Origin: Vulcanimicrobiota bacterium
Lineage (GTDB): Bacteria > Vulcanimicrobiota > Vulcanimicrobiia > Vulcanimicrobiales > Vulcanimicrobiaceae
Reading direction: 5' to 3'
DNA length: 64,000 bases
Assembly (NCBI GenBank): GCA_963777315.1
Contig: CAVZQC010000006.1
Span: forward strand, 32,001-96,000
A program made the translations under genes and the position numbers. Shown piece by piece: positions 37,203 to 49,199 of the stretch. The notes beneath the pieces are model-generated. The model saw nothing but the letters and a program-made list of their open reading frames with translations, searched no databases and was not told where the DNA came from. How positions within the stretch are numbered: the first letter of the stretch is position 1; each line of letters starts with the position of its first letter.

Positions 37203-37925
37203 CTAATGTTTTGCGAAAGAGTCCGACAGCAGCTGAAAATCGACGATCGATCCGCCGAGATCGCCGTTGCTGCTGGTGTCCGTTACGAGATGCGCCTTCA
37301 CCGGAAGCGACACTGCGGGATCGTACTGAAGGGTCCCGTTCGTCGTGCTGACTTTGGGGCCAACGTGAAGTACGCGATTCACCGCAATCGTCACGACGCC
37401 GCCGTCGTCCTTTGTGACGGTATAATTGGACGTCACCGTTCCCGTACCTTGATTGAGCGGTTGATCGGTCTTCCAGTGTTTCTTGTCGTCCAGGCGCGAC
37501 GCATCGTAAAAGCCGCGGCCGAGATACGTCAGCAGAGTGGTGATTTCGCCTGTGACCTCGCCGGTTTGCGTTAAGTTTTGATCGCAGATGACGTTCTCGG
37601 GGTCGGCATACACCGCGCAGCGGATCGGCTGTTGCGGGCGGTCGGCCCGATCGACTTTCTCGGTCGCATCGACCACCAGACCGCCGTCTTGGGCGGCGGA
37701 CAACACGTCGACGGTGATCGTGCCGGATACACCGTTGGTGGAGGTCGTCTGGGAAATCTGGGCATAGCCGTGGCCGTTCGTAAAGCCGCTGTCCATGCCG
37801 GAATCAAAACCGTGCACGTCGATCGCGTAATGGTAGACGACGACCCGCAGCGGCGCGGCGTAAGCCCCAAGCGGCGCAGCAAAAATCGCCGCCATCAACA
37901 CGCAGATAGCAAGTCGTCGTATCAT
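37203..37925 (-). CDS. Exported hypothetical protein
   Basis: Signal peptide MIRRLAICVLMAAIFAAPLGAYA; AAGGAGG RBS; beta-rich, two Cys in the mature part. Confidence 0.75.
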   Translation of the reverse strand: MIRRLAICVLMAAIFAAPLGAYAAPLRVVVYHYAIDVHGFDSGMDSGFTNGHGYAQISQTTSTNGVSGTITVDVLSAAQDGGLVVDATEKVDRADRPQQPIRCAVYADPENVICDQNLTQTGEVTGEITTLLTYLGRGFYDASRLDDKKHWKTDQPLNQGTGTVTSNYTVTKDDGGVVTIAVNRVLHVGPKVSTTNGTLQYDPAVSLPVKAHLVTDTSSNGDLGGSIVDFQLLSDSFAKH

Positions 37926-38014
37926 GGTGCCTCCTTTGAACGCGGGAACTCTTCAGCGAAATTGCAGCCGGGTCCTCAATTCCGCAAAAGCGTACCACCG
38001 GCGCGGATCCTCGT

Positions 38015-38227
38015 TCAAGTGCGTTTGGTCACGACGATGACGCTGTGGCCCTGATGCTCGCCCAGGAATTCCAGGCCCTCGGCGATCCACGTGTCCAGGC
38101 CGCCGTGCGAATGTTTTGCGACCTCTCGCACGACGTGGACGCGGTCCCGCAGCCACGACAGTTCCGAACGCGTGGTTGCGGGCCAAACGGCGACTTCACA
38201 GTCTTCGCATTGGTAACCGGCTTTCAT
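38015..38227 (-). CDS. Small hypothetical protein, possible Zn-binding (CxxC...HxGH)
   Basis: YQCEDCE...EHQGH; ATG overlaps the upstream stop. Confidence 0.65.
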   Translation of the reverse strand: MKAGYQCEDCEVAVWPATTRSELSWLRDRVHVVREVAKHSHGGLDTWIAEGLEFLGEHQGHSVIVVTKRT

Positions 38228-38636
38228 GCGCCCCGGATCTCTACGATCTCTACGCGCTCAGAACGCGACGCGTAATTTGCGAACTGCCGGTCGGTCGTGA
38301 GTAACGTAAGTCCATCGATTTGCGCTTGCGCTATCAGCATCCGGTCGAACGGATCGGAATGGGCATCGGCAAGAGCGCACGGCGAGCGCGTGAAGGATTC
38401 GGATGGCAAGTGCGGAAAATCTGGCTGCTTGCATGCGGTGTCGTACGTACTCGGCCAAGTCGCCCGGCAGGGTCAACCTCCCGATAGCGCTTTTGGTTGC
38501 CATTTCCCATACCGACGCCGACGAGAGAAAGATGTCCTCTTCTAGACTCGCTATGAGCTCGATCGTCTTGCGCTTGAGTCTTTGCCGGCTCCAAAAAGTA
38601 GTGCAGAAAGACGTTGGTGTCCAGCAGAAGATTCAC
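38224..38636 (-). CDS. vapC: VapC/PIN toxin (frameshifts near 38580 and 38385)
   Basis: Pieces LLLDTNVFL; SSASVWEMATK..IGRL; HSDPFDRMLIAQAQIDGLTLLTTD. Confidence 0.8.
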
Positions 38637-38862
38637 TTGTAGAACTGCTTGAGCAGCTCCGTAGGCAAAGGCGCATCGAAGTCCTCGGCAATATAGCCGA
38701 GCCCTTCGTCCATTCCCGCACCGGCGCGCTTCGCCTTGCCGATAGGAACGAGCTTTGCGATCGGCTTTCCCCGGTTTTCGATAACGATATGCTCACCGCG
38801 CTGAACCTGCTTGAGCAATCCGACAAATGTGTTTTGGCTTCATAGACGCTGGCCGTCTTCAT
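38633..38862 (-). CDS. Phd/YefM-family antitoxin (frameshift near 38822)
   Basis: MKTASVYEAKTHLS / LLKQVQRGEHIVIENRGKPIAKLVP..DFDAPLP. Confidence 0.8.
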
Positions 38863-38955
38863 TTCCAATATACCCCCACGCGCATTGTTGGTCAAGTTAT
38901 CTTGGTTACAACCACCCTACGGGAAAAATAACCGGCCGTTTGAGCTTATGAAAAC

Positions 38956-38985
38956 AAAGCGTCCCTGCAGCAGCAGGGACGCTTT
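38956..38985 (-). terminator. Intrinsic terminator after receptor gene 1
   Basis: AAAGCGTCCCTGC-agca-GCAGGGACGCTTT 13-bp stem; T-rich tail on the minus strand. Confidence 0.8.
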
Positions 38986-39018
38986 CGTGCCGCTTTCGGC
39001 CGGAGGTCAGGCTCAAGA

Positions 39019-42000
39019 CTAGAGTTTGATCTGCAGTTGGAAGTACGCGTTGAAGGGGAACGGCATACCGGCTCCATCAGAGCCCGGCCCGTACGGCAAG
39101 TACGACTGCTGATTCCACTTCTGATCCGCCAGGCCGTTTGCAGCAACGTCCGTCGGGCTCGTGCCGTTGTAGAAGTTGCTGGTATACAACCCGGTGGGAG
39201 CGTAGCCACAGAGATTAGGCCCAGGCGCATACGCCTTGGTCCAAGGTTCGCTGGAGCCGCCGAAGCACGTGTGCCACAGATTCGTCAGCGTGGCCATTGC
39301 CGTGAGCTTCGGTGAGATGTCGTAGCGCAACTGGAGGTTGAGCAACGCAATCCACGGTTCCCGGAACTGACCCGGTATGGCGAACTTCCCGGTCTGCGGA
39401 TTGGGGATGAACAACTGGCCGGCCACGGGCGATGGCGAGATGTTTCCTGCAATCAGCGTCTGGTAGTCGCATTGATTCGGGTTGGTTGACGGCGAAACGG
39501 TGGTGATTCCCGACGTTGCGGAGTTTGAACCGCACGCGCGCGGGTCTTGACCCGTTACGTCGAGCGGTCCGCCGTACGACGAGCCTTCCGAAACTTGGAC
39601 GCTCGGCGTGATGGCCCACCGCTGGTGCCGGTAGTTCAGGATCAGGGAGGTGACTATCGGCGAGTCGTAGCAGAAACACGCTTCGGGATTGTTCGTCAGC
39701 GACATGCCGGTGCTATATGCCGAGTACCAGCCGCTGGGATCGACGAGCGGCTGCGGAGCCATGTTGTAGTACGGGTTGGCGATGGCTCCCGCAGTACTGC
39801 ATGACGTCGGCGTCCCTGCGTCCGTTGTCGCAGGAGTGTAGCACGCAGAACCGCCGCCCGCTTTGGTCAGCGTGTTGAACTGCGTGATGGCGGTATCGGC
39901 CTGCGTGATTTGATTTGAACCGAAGTATTTGTCCTGGTATTGAACCTTCGCGTTCGTGTAGGTGAAGGCAAGCTGTCCGGAGAGCCCTTCGCGATTGAAG
40001 TCGCCCTTGCTGATTGCCGCCTCAACGCCGTAGCTGCGGAACTGCCCCACGGGGACCTGAGTTACGAAGTTCGGTCCGATGAAGGACTGCTGCTGATACC
40101 CCGACGTCATGTTGAAGAACGGGGTGATCTTCGCCGTGACGTCGGTTCCGTTGAATTGGTGCTCCAGCGAGAGATCCGACTGAAGCGACGATTGCAGCGG
40201 AATGGGGTGGAACGGGCTGTGGAAGCCCAGCGGCAGCGTGGCAGCCCACGTCGCGAGCGAGTTGCCGGAGCTGTTGAGGTACTGCAGCGATGCGGAGATC
40301 GGCGGCTGCGTATATTTGCCGACTTCACCCCGGATCACCGTGCGCGGGTCTACCGTATAGGTAAACGATGCACGCGGCGCAAGGTCGCGCAAGTCGTATG
40401 TAGCGGGCGAGGTCGCGCTGAAGGCCGGATGGGCGTATCCGGTGATCGGAATTCCGCCCGGACCAACGCTGCAGTTGGTGGTATAGAAGACCGGCGCCGG
40501 CGGCGGCTGACCGGGCTTGAGCGGTATGGTCAGCACTTGCCCGGCTCCGTTTTGGCAGACGTTCGTCTGCAGGATCTGGGCGAAGAACTGCGTTCCCGGC
40601 GTGAGCGGGGACAGATCGTACAGATAGTCGTCGAATCGAAGCCCCAGGTCGATGTTCAGCTTTTCGCTCGGACGGAAGTCGTCCGTGAGCGAAAGGAACG
40701 TGAACTTCGGTTTGACGGTGTTGTACGTGCCGTACGTGTCGCCGTTCTGGAGCGTTACCCACTGGGCGCCGGCCAATGCCGCGGGCGAACCCGCTGGAGC
40801 AACCGGATACGAGGTGGACCCCGCGACGTCACGTGCCGGACCCGTGCGGCAGCTCGACGGCTGACCGGTCGACGGATCGTAGCACGTGTACGTGCCGTTT
40901 TGATATGCCACGTACCCTAACGGCGATCCGCCGCCGAAGTAGTCTGTTGATCCATCCCGTATTGTTGAACCGCGAAACGGTGGCCGTCGTGTAGTTGGCC
41001 GTGAGCTGCAGCAAGTGCTTGGAATTGATTTGATCCGCCAGCTGCAGTTCGCCGCCCGCCGTATGCGTGATGAGGTCGTAGTTTGCGGCGACGTTCGGAG
41101 TGAACGGACCGCCGATGCCGTTCACGTACTCGTTGTACGTGGCGTCGGGTCCGGCTTGCGTCCAATCCGAGAAGAACGTATAGCCGAAAGCGCGTGCGTA
41201 CGCGTTCGGTCCGAGGGAATGCGTGTACTGGATCTTCGCGATCCCGGTGTCGTTGAAGATGCCGTCGCGCAGATCCGCCGGTACCTCGCTGTTTGGCGCG
41301 CGGTTCGGATTGCTCGACGGCTGAAGGTACGTCATCGTCGGCAACGCCGTGCCGTTGGGCTGAATCGGCGTGCCGAACGGCAGATTATATACGTTCGTCG
41401 CGTCGACGTAGTTGGGATAGTTCGGCGTACAGGTCGCGCCGTTGTAGACCCCGCTGGGAGGACAGTACGGCAAACCCGTGACCGCCTGCGTATACTGGGC
41501 GTACCCGCCGGCATCGTTGGGGCTCGTATACTCCGACGTGTTCATCGACGAAGCGCTCCACAGCAGCTGCAGATCGTCGCGCTGGCCGTCCTTGCGCGGA
41601 ATGCCGAAGTGCAGGTTGACGACGTCCTCGCGATCGGAGATCGTTGCGACGTTGCCGTAGAGTGCAGCAGCCTCATCCAAGTAGTAACACGACCCGTTGG
41701 TGAGCCACGGCTCGGTGCCCGCGGTCGGGGACGTGAGACCGTTGGCGCCGCCGCAGATCGGCCAGACGCCGCGTCCGTTCGATCCTGCATTGCCGACCGT
41801 GGAGCTGTACTGCGGATAGAAGTCGTACGTGCCGCCGAGGTTGAACAGCGACGCGCCGTTGCTGTTGTTGAGGTAGTTGAAGCCCTGGTTGTAACCGCTC
41901 AGGCCGACGTAGTAGCTGAAGTTGCGGTTGGGCGAAGCCCCGCCGGCTTCGATTTTGGCCTGATGGTAGAACTGCGGAACAGCGATGCTTCCGGACAGCG

Positions 42001-42778
42001 TGCCAAAGCCGGGAAAGGTTCCCGTTTTGATGACCTGGTTGATGAAACCGGAAGTGCCGGCGGACGAAATGGACGCCGGGCCGCCGCCCGTGTAGACCTG
42101 CAGTTCCTGCAAGCCGAGGTTCGATTCCGTTGAAGAGTTGTAGTTGTCGAACGCGCGGTTGACGGGAACGCCGTCGTATTCGAACGCCGTGAAGTAGTAG
42201 TTGTTTCCACGGACGAACGGCGCCGTGTTGTTGTTCCAACCGGTTCCGCCGATCGGAACGTTGAGACCGGGAACCGACGACATCGCCGAATAGGCGCTGT
42301 CGAGGTTGCCGCCGCCGCCTAGCGGCGCCGCTGCAGCAGCCGCCGCAGAATTGACGCTGTAGATGTCGGCGGTAACGCCGGGCTTGACGAGGTTGCCCGC
42401 GGCTCTCGAAGTGACGCGCGCAATGGTTCGCAGCGCGCGCTGAAGTCGAAAGTTTTGCGAGCTGGTGTTGTCCGCGAACACCGTTATGCCCGGCTGCGAA
42501 ACGTCTTGGTAGTCCGTTTTTGCAGCCGAAACGGTGTACGTGTCGGGATTGAGCGCGAGAAAGATGTAGTGTCCTGCGGCGTCGGTCGTCCGGGTTGCTG
42601 TTTCGGACGGCGCGACTACCGTAACTGTCGCTCCCGCTATGGGAGCTCCCGTCGTAGCATCGAGCACGTTACCTTGGAGTCCGCCCGTGGTGCCTGCCAG
42701 TGCCCATGTTCCCTGGGCAAGCATTGCGAGGAGGAGCAGCAAGGCCGTGAACGCATGCCCGACTTTCAGTTTTGGCAT
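39019..42778 (-). CDS. TonB-dependent-receptor-like outer membrane protein with N-terminal carboxypeptidase-regulatory-like domain, copy 1 (frameshift near 40945)
   Basis: Signal peptide; GNVLDATTGAPIAGATVTV..TDAAGHY; plug-like VRG..FEYDGVPVN, GFINQVIKTG; LGLRFD, LAPRASF; C-terminal FNAYFQLQIKL; AAGGAGG RBS. Confidence 0.8.
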
Positions 42779-42913
42779 GGTTCCTCCTTAATGAGGGGCC
42801 TAGTTGTTCGGCCGAATAGGGCATGGCGATGTGAACCGCCCCCAATTGCGACCGACAGGGAAGTTCTTTTCACGGATTCTTAATCCTCTGAGTGTCTGCT
42901 GAGAGGCACCCAC

Positions 42914-42950
42914 AAAAAAAAAGGGCTCCGTCCACGCGGACGGAGCCCTT
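42914..42950 (-). terminator. Intrinsic terminator after receptor gene 2
   Basis: GGGCTCCGTCC-gcgt-GGACGGAGCCC followed by T9 on the minus strand. Confidence 0.9.
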
Positions 42951-42970
42951 CGGGCCAGGCGCTTTCTTGC

Positions 42971-45900
42971 TTACAGTTTGATCCGCGCCTCGAGGTAGAA
43001 GTTGAACGGCTGCAGGGTTGAGTTGCCGTCCACGTTCACCGCGCCCAAGTACGCCCCGTAGGGGTACTGCAGGAACGGCTGGATGCTCGCTCCGGGGTTG
43101 TAGACGTTCCCCACCGGCGGTATGACGCCGGCGGTGTTGAGGATGCCGTAACTGCAGACGTTGGAGTTGGCGATCGTCCACGCTTCCTTGGATCCGCCGA
43201 AACAGCGATTGACGAGGTTGGCAAACGTGCCGATGAGCGTGATCTTCGGGGACACGTCATAGCGCACTTGCAGATTCATCAAGAACTGAGTCGGGTTGAC
43301 GAACGCGCCCGGCTGATCGAACGTCTTGGTGTACGGATTCGGGATGACGATCGTCGAGGCGCAGCTGAGCGCGTCGAATCCCGCTCCGCCGGGCGAACCG
43401 TACGGATAGCGGGACGGATCGACCGCCGTGGGAGCCGTAGCGCACCCGCCGGAAGCCGGGTCGATGCCCGGCGTGGTTTCCGGCGAACCGTACCGATTGC
43501 CCGCCATCAGCTGAAAGCTCGGTGTTATCGACCAGCGATCCCGTTTGTAGTTGAGCACGAGCGCCGCCGCGTACGGCACCTCGAACGAATCGGCCGATCC
43601 GCCGATGCCGCCAGGGAAGATGTCGTACACCGGGTAGCTCGCTCCCGAATTGAGCAATCCTTGCACCGGGGCGTTCCAATACGGATTGGCGATGGCCCCC
43701 GGTGTGGCGCAGGCTACACCCGCACCGGCATTGTTGTAACACGGCGAAGCCGCAGCGCCGGTGCTCGTCGCACCGCAGCGCGAATCGCCCGGGTTGCTCG
43801 CGCAGAACGACGTGTAGCCGTTGTAGGTCTGAATGTCGTTGTTGATTTGCGAAACGATCGTCGAACCGTTCGCGAGCGTATCGTAGTTGATGTAACTGTG
43901 GGTGTACGTCAGCGAGAGCAAACCGGAGAGGCCGTTCTGGTTGAAGTCGCCCTTGTTGATCTGAAACTCCACGCCTTCGCTGGTTTGGCGGCCGACGTTC
44001 AGTCCGGAGATGAAGCCCGTCGCCTGGTCCAGGAAGAAGTTTTGAATCTGATCCTTGGTCTTGCGGTAGAACGGCGTGAGTTTGAGCGACCAATCCGTTC
44101 CCTTCAAATGCTGCTCCCACGACACGTCGTAGTTGAGCGAGGTCGGCGGGCGCACTTCGTGTCCCGGCGTAGTAAAGCCGAACTTGTAGAAGTGCGAGCC
44201 CAAGAAGTCCGCGAGGTCTTCCTGCAGCACGTTGTACTGTTCGTACGCCGTGTTCGGGGGTTCGACGTATTTGCCGGCGCTGAAACGGAACACCGTGTTG
44301 GGGCTTGCCGTGTAGGTGCCGGATACGCGCGGCTGCAGCACGTTATAGGAAAGCACTTGCGCCGACGCATTGGTCAATTTCGTCGGCGACGTACCCGCCG
44401 GACAGACGCCCGGCGAGGTAGCGGGGACGACCGAAAAGCCGTTGGCCTCGACGCAATTGTTCAAGTTGTACGCGTTGAACCAAAATACCCGAGCCGGGTC
44501 GTTGGGATTGGTGTTCGACCCGTCGAATTCGAACCGGTCGTTGCGCAGTCCGAGGTTGATCAGCCAGCGCGAACTGGGACGCCACTGATCTTGAATCGAG
44601 AGCGACATGAATTTCGGCACGACGTTGTTATACGTTGCGTATAAGCTGTTTTCGTCGACGAAGTACGCGCACGATCCCGGACCGCCTCCGCAGTTGAGGG
44701 CGGTGACTGCGGCGGGTTGATCGCCCGCTGCGGTATCGTTGCAGAACGGATTGCCGGTGCTCTGCAGGCAACCCCAGTTCAGATACGTCGCCGCGCCTTG
44801 CGAGCAGGTCACGGGCGTCAACACGCCCGCTGTGCTCGTTGCGGTATTGTAGCAATACCCCGAGGTGGGAGCGTTCTTGTTCACCAGAACCGCAGCCATG
44901 CTGCGCGAACCAGCGAAGTTGAACATCTGCGTGTTGTTGTCGCGCACCGAGCTTGCCGTCGTGTAATTTCCTTGGATGTTGAGCAGGTGCTGGGTTCCCA
45001 GCTGAGCTGCGAACTGCGCCGATACGCCCCGCGTATGCGAGCTGAGTTCGTAGTCGGGAGAAACCGAGCAGCCGTAGTTGCTGAACGCGCAAACCGGACC
45101 GTTCTGCAGCCAGTCGGAGTAGTACGTGTAACCGTACGCGCGCAGGTACGCGCTGGATCCGAAGTTCTTCTGATACTGCAGTTTGACGATCTCCTGATCG
45201 TTCCAGACCGTGTCGCGCTGATTGACGGGGATCTGCGTGCCCGCGCCCGTGTAGCTGAAGGCGGGATGCGGCGCGGAGTTCGGATAGAGATACGGCGAGA
45301 CGAGGGAGCTGTAATTGCTCGGCAGCAATGCGCCCACGGGACCGCCCCATTGGAAGCCGTCGTAGTAGATCGGGCCGCCGGCGTTGTTCGAGTTGGCCGG
45401 GTAGTTGCCCAGGCCTCCGGAGTCGTTGGTCGATTCGTAGAAGCCGTTGTGCAGCATGCTGCTGTCCCAGAGCAGACTGCAAGTCGTCGCGGCCCGAGTC
45501 GTTGTGATGCGGGATGCCGAAGTGCAGATTCACCACCACGTCGCGATCGGCGATGTCCGAAGCCGACGCGAACTGATACGGCGCTTGGATATATCCGCCC
45601 GGCCCCGCGAACCCATTGGCGTAACAGCCGCTGTAATTGATAATGGTCCCAGGGGGTACACCGGGCGCCGCTACGCAGCCGCCGACCGGCGTCAACTGCA
45701 CGAGCGCCGGACCGAGATCCGTATAGCCTGCGGCGTTCTGCTGGTCGACGTACCTGAACGCCTGATTGTATCCGCCGACGCCCGCATAGTACGAAAACAG
45801 CCGGTTGGGCGAAGCGCCGCCGACTTCGACGGACGCCTTGTGATAGAACACCGGGGTGCCCACGCCCAGCGCAGCTTCGCTAAAGCCGGGATACGTGCCG

Positions 45901-46652
45901 GATTTGATCACTTGATTGATGTATCCGGCCAAGCCTTGGCCTTCGGAGTTTGCCGGGGTCGCGCCGGTATAGACTTGCAGTTCCGACATGCCCAGCGACG
46001 ACAGCTGTCCCGAGGGATAGTTGTCGAACGAACGGTTTACCGGAACGCCGTCGAATTCGTAGCCGACCTGATCGTAGTCGCCGCCGCGAATGTGGACGGT
46101 TTGGAAATAGCCGGCCTGATTGAGCGGCATTACTGCGCCCGGAACCGATGCAACGGCCGAATAGGCGCTGTTCAAACTGCCGCCGCCGCCCAGCGCGCTA
46201 ATCCGGTCCTGCGTTGACGCATTGACGGAGTAGACGTCGGCGGTCGTGCCGGACTTTACCAGGCTGCTCGCAGCAGCCGACCGGACTGACGCAATCGTTT
46301 TGAGCGTCCGGTGCAAGGACACCGTGGCGATTTGCGTTGAGTCCGCGAATACCGTTACGCCGGAAACGCTGGCCGCATCGTAGCCGTCTTTTTTGGCCGA
46401 TACGGTGTACGTGTCGGGCGTCAATGAGAGGAACGTGAAATGCCCGGTTGCGTCGGTCGTCGTCGTGGAGTTTTGAGAAGGTGCCGATGCCGTTACGCTT
46501 GCGTTTGCAATCGGCGAACCTGTCTCCATATCCACGACCGTTCCGCTCAGTCCGCCGGTCGTGCCCGCCAGTGCCCATGTTCCCTGGGCAAGCATCGCTA
46601 CGGCCAAAAGCGCGGAAACCAACACATGCCGGAATCTGTTCGATCTTGGCAT
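42971..46652 (-). CDS. TonB-dependent-receptor-like outer membrane protein, copy 2 (frameshift near 45475)
   Basis: Paralog of copy 1: AMLAQGTWALAGTTGGL, IRGG..YEFDGVPVNRSFDNY, GYINQVIKSG, LGLRND, LQPRVSG, C-terminal FYLEARIKL; GGAGG RBS. Confidence 0.8.
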
Positions 46653-46770
46653 TGTGCCTCCAGTATGAAGTGAATTACGCCCGGGGTGCGCCAATCCGGC
46701 GGCATCCAGGCGCAACAAGAGCGCTTCTTCGGCCGGCAGAGTGACTCCCTGCGGATTTTCGAGCGTCCGG

Positions 46771-47649
46771 CTACGTCCGCACGCGCATGCGCTGCTCGAG
46801 CAGGGCCGGGATCTGCGAAGGCCGGTCGGCAACCGGAACCCCAGCCGCGACGAAGGCATCGATTTTGCTCTGCGGCGTGCCGAACTTGCCCGAAATGATG
46901 GCGCCCGCATGGCCCAGCGATTTGCCGGCCGGCGCATTGCGGCCGCCGATGAACGCCACGATCGCAGCGCCGGCCATGTGTTCTTTAATGAAGGCCGCCG
47001 CGTCTTCTTCGTCCGAGCCCCCGATCTCGCCGCAGAGCACCAGGGCGCGGGTCTGACCGTCGTTGTTGAACTCGCGCAGACAATCGACGAACGTCGTGCC
47101 GATGATTGGGTCGCCGCCGATGCCCACCGCAGTCGATTGGCCAAAGCCTGCCCGCGTGAGTAGATCGACCACTTCGTACGTCAGCGTACCCGATCGTGAA
47201 ATCACGCCCACGTCGCCTTCTTTGAACACGTGTCCGGGCATGATGCCGATCGACGATTTGCCCGGCGAGATCAGGCCCGGACAATTCGGGCCGATGATGC
47301 GCATGCCGGGCGTGGCGGCCACGACCTTGAGCACGTCGTGCACCGGCAGCCCTTCGGTGATACAGACGGCGAACGTAATGCCCGCATCGTGCGCTTCGAA
47401 CAGCGCGTCGGCCGCAAACGGCGGAGGCACGAAGATGCAGGTGTGCGTTGCTCCGGTGGCGTCGACGGCATCTTTGACCGTATCGAATACCGGCAATCCG
47501 TGCGCGGATTTCTGCCCACCTTTGCCGGGCGTAACGCCGCCGACGATCTTCGTGCCGTACTCGAGCATGCGACCGGTGTGATACGACCCTTCCGCTCCCG
47601 TTATGCCTTGCACGATCGCCTTGGTGTTTTTGTCGATGAAGATGCTCAT
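46771..47649 (-). CDS. sucD: Succinyl-CoA ligase alpha subunit
   Basis: [42 protein letters not shown]. Confidence 0.97.
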   Translation of the reverse strand: MSIFIDKNTKAIVQGITGAEGSYHTGRMLEYGTKIVGGVTPGKGGQKSAHGLPVFDTVKDAVDATGATHTCIFVPPPFAADALFEAHDAGITFAVCITEGLPVHDVLKVVAATPGMRIIGPNCPGLISPGKSSIGIMPGHVFKEGDVGVISRSGTLTYEVVDLLTRAGFGQSTAVGIGGDPIIGTTFVDCLREFNNDGQTRALVLCGEIGGSDEEDAAAFIKEHMAGAAIVAFIGGRNAPAGKSLGHAGAIISGKFGTPQSKIDAFVAAGVPVADRPSQIPALLEQRMRVRT

Positions 47650-48815
47650 GATGCGCGAGCCAGCTCGACGGCGGCGGACGCGCCCTCGTCCATGGTCTGC
47701 ACCGGCGCCATGCCGGCTTGCGCGAGTATTTCGCGCCCTTGTTCTTCGTTCGTTCCCGTCAAACGGATCACGAGCGGCACTCTGCGCGACGACGTCGTCG
47801 CGAGCGCTTCGACGATGCCCTTTGCGACCTCGTCGCAGCGCGTGATGCCGCCGAAGATGTTGATGAAAAAGACTTTCGCGCCGGTATGGTTCATCACCAA
47901 CTCGTAGCAATTGCGCACGCGTTCGGCATTGGCTCCGCCGCCCACGTCCAAAAAGTTCGCGAACGTGCCCCCCGCGTTCTTGACAGCGTCCATCGTGCCC
48001 ATCGCAAGACCCGCGCCGTTGGCCATCGTGCCGACCGTGCCGTCGAACCGGCGAAAATTGCGGATGCCCAAACCCGCTTGCACGGCGAGCGTTTCGTCTT
48101 CGTCCAGCGGCAGCGAGGCTTGCCACTGCTTGAACTCGGGGTTCTTGTACAGCGCGTCGTCGTCCAATTCAACTTTGGAGTCCGACGCAAAGACGCGACC
48201 GTCGGCGGTGAGGGCCAGCGGGTTTATTTCCACCAATTTGGCGCCGTAGCGAAAAAACAGATCGTACAGGCCGGCGGCGATTTGCGGTAACGCTTTGCGG
48301 TATCCCGCATCCAGTTGCGATGCGAATGCCAGCTCGCGGCCCGCGAACGGCCAATAGCCCTGCGCGGTATCGACGAAAAATTTGGCGATCGAATCGGGAT
48401 GCTGCTCGGCGACTTCTTCGATGTCCATGCCGCCGAAACGGCTGACCATGAAAACGGGCTTCTTGGTGGTGCGGTCGATCGCCATCGCGCAGTACGCCTC
48501 TTTGGCGATGGGAAGCTTCTCTTCAATCAGCAGCGAGTCGATCGGCTCGCCGCTGGGATTCTGACGATTGCCGGGCATCGGCGTCGCCATGATTTCCTCG
48601 GCAACCGTGCGTGCTTCGCCGGCCGTTTTCGCAAATTTGATCTTGCCGGCTTTTCCGCGGCCGCCCATCAGCACTTGCGCTTTGACGACCCAATCGCCGG
48701 GGTTGGCGCCCACGAAACTCGCCGCTTCGCCGGGCGTCGTAACGTGCGCCCCGCGCGGAACCGGAATGCCCGCACGGCGGAACAGTTCCTTTCCTTGATA
48801 TTCCATCAGATTCAT
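47646..48815 (-). CDS. sucC: Succinyl-CoA ligase beta subunit
   Basis: MNLMEYQGKELF, KAQVLMGGRGKAG, EINPL, NGAGLAMGTMD, NFLDVGGG, NIFGGITRCD. Confidence 0.97.
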   Translation of the reverse strand: MNLMEYQGKELFRRAGIPVPRGAHVTTPGEAASFVGANPGDWVVKAQVLMGGRGKAGKIKFAKTAGEARTVAEEIMATPMPGNRQNPSGEPIDSLLIEEKLPIAKEAYCAMAIDRTTKKPVFMVSRFGGMDIEEVAEQHPDSIAKFFVDTAQGYWPFAGRELAFASQLDAGYRKALPQIAAGLYDLFFRYGAKLVEINPLALTADGRVFASDSKVELDDDALYKNPEFKQWQASLPLDEDETLAVQAGLGIRNFRRFDGTVGTMANGAGLAMGTMDAVKNAGGTFANFLDVGGGANAERVRNCYELVMNHTGAKVFFINIFGGITRCDEVAKGIVEALATTSSRRVPLVIRLTGTNEEQGREILAQAGMAPVQTMDEGASAAVELARAS

Positions 48816-49029
48816 GTCGTCGGCCTAATGCTCTCATCAGAGGTGCGATTCCCGTTGCCGTTACCACATTGGGCGGCTTCCACGTTTCCATTGCGCGATT
48901 GCGTGGACGCAGATCGCTCGGGGATTGGCAGATTCTTGCTCAGGGGCGCTACGACGCCGGCCCGACCACGGTCCCGCAGAACAAACTTGAAAACTAAGCG
49001 GTGCTTGGGTTATAATTCTAGTGCATGGG

Positions 49030-49199
49030 CTCGAGGCCGCCATTTTCACGCCTTCGTGGGCGACGGTGAAGTCGTGATCGAGCTCACGTCCGATCGGCGC
49101 GTCATCTTATCCGCACGTGAAGACGCTATTCGGGGCGTAACGCGCAACACAGCACTTCGATGTGAGCTTGCAGAACTTTGGAAGGAAGCACATGGCTAA
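49030..49199 (+). pseudogene. Possible truncated DUF4160-like gene
   Basis: HFHAFVGDGEVVI...LAELWKEAHG* overlaps the next start codon; no clear N-terminus. Confidence 0.4.

Noticed and set aside
42780..42910. Possible riboswitch in the leaders of the receptor genes (also 46653-46770)
   Set aside because: No cobalamin, TPP, glycine or c-di-GMP consensus recognised by eye; an Infernal/Rfam scan would be needed
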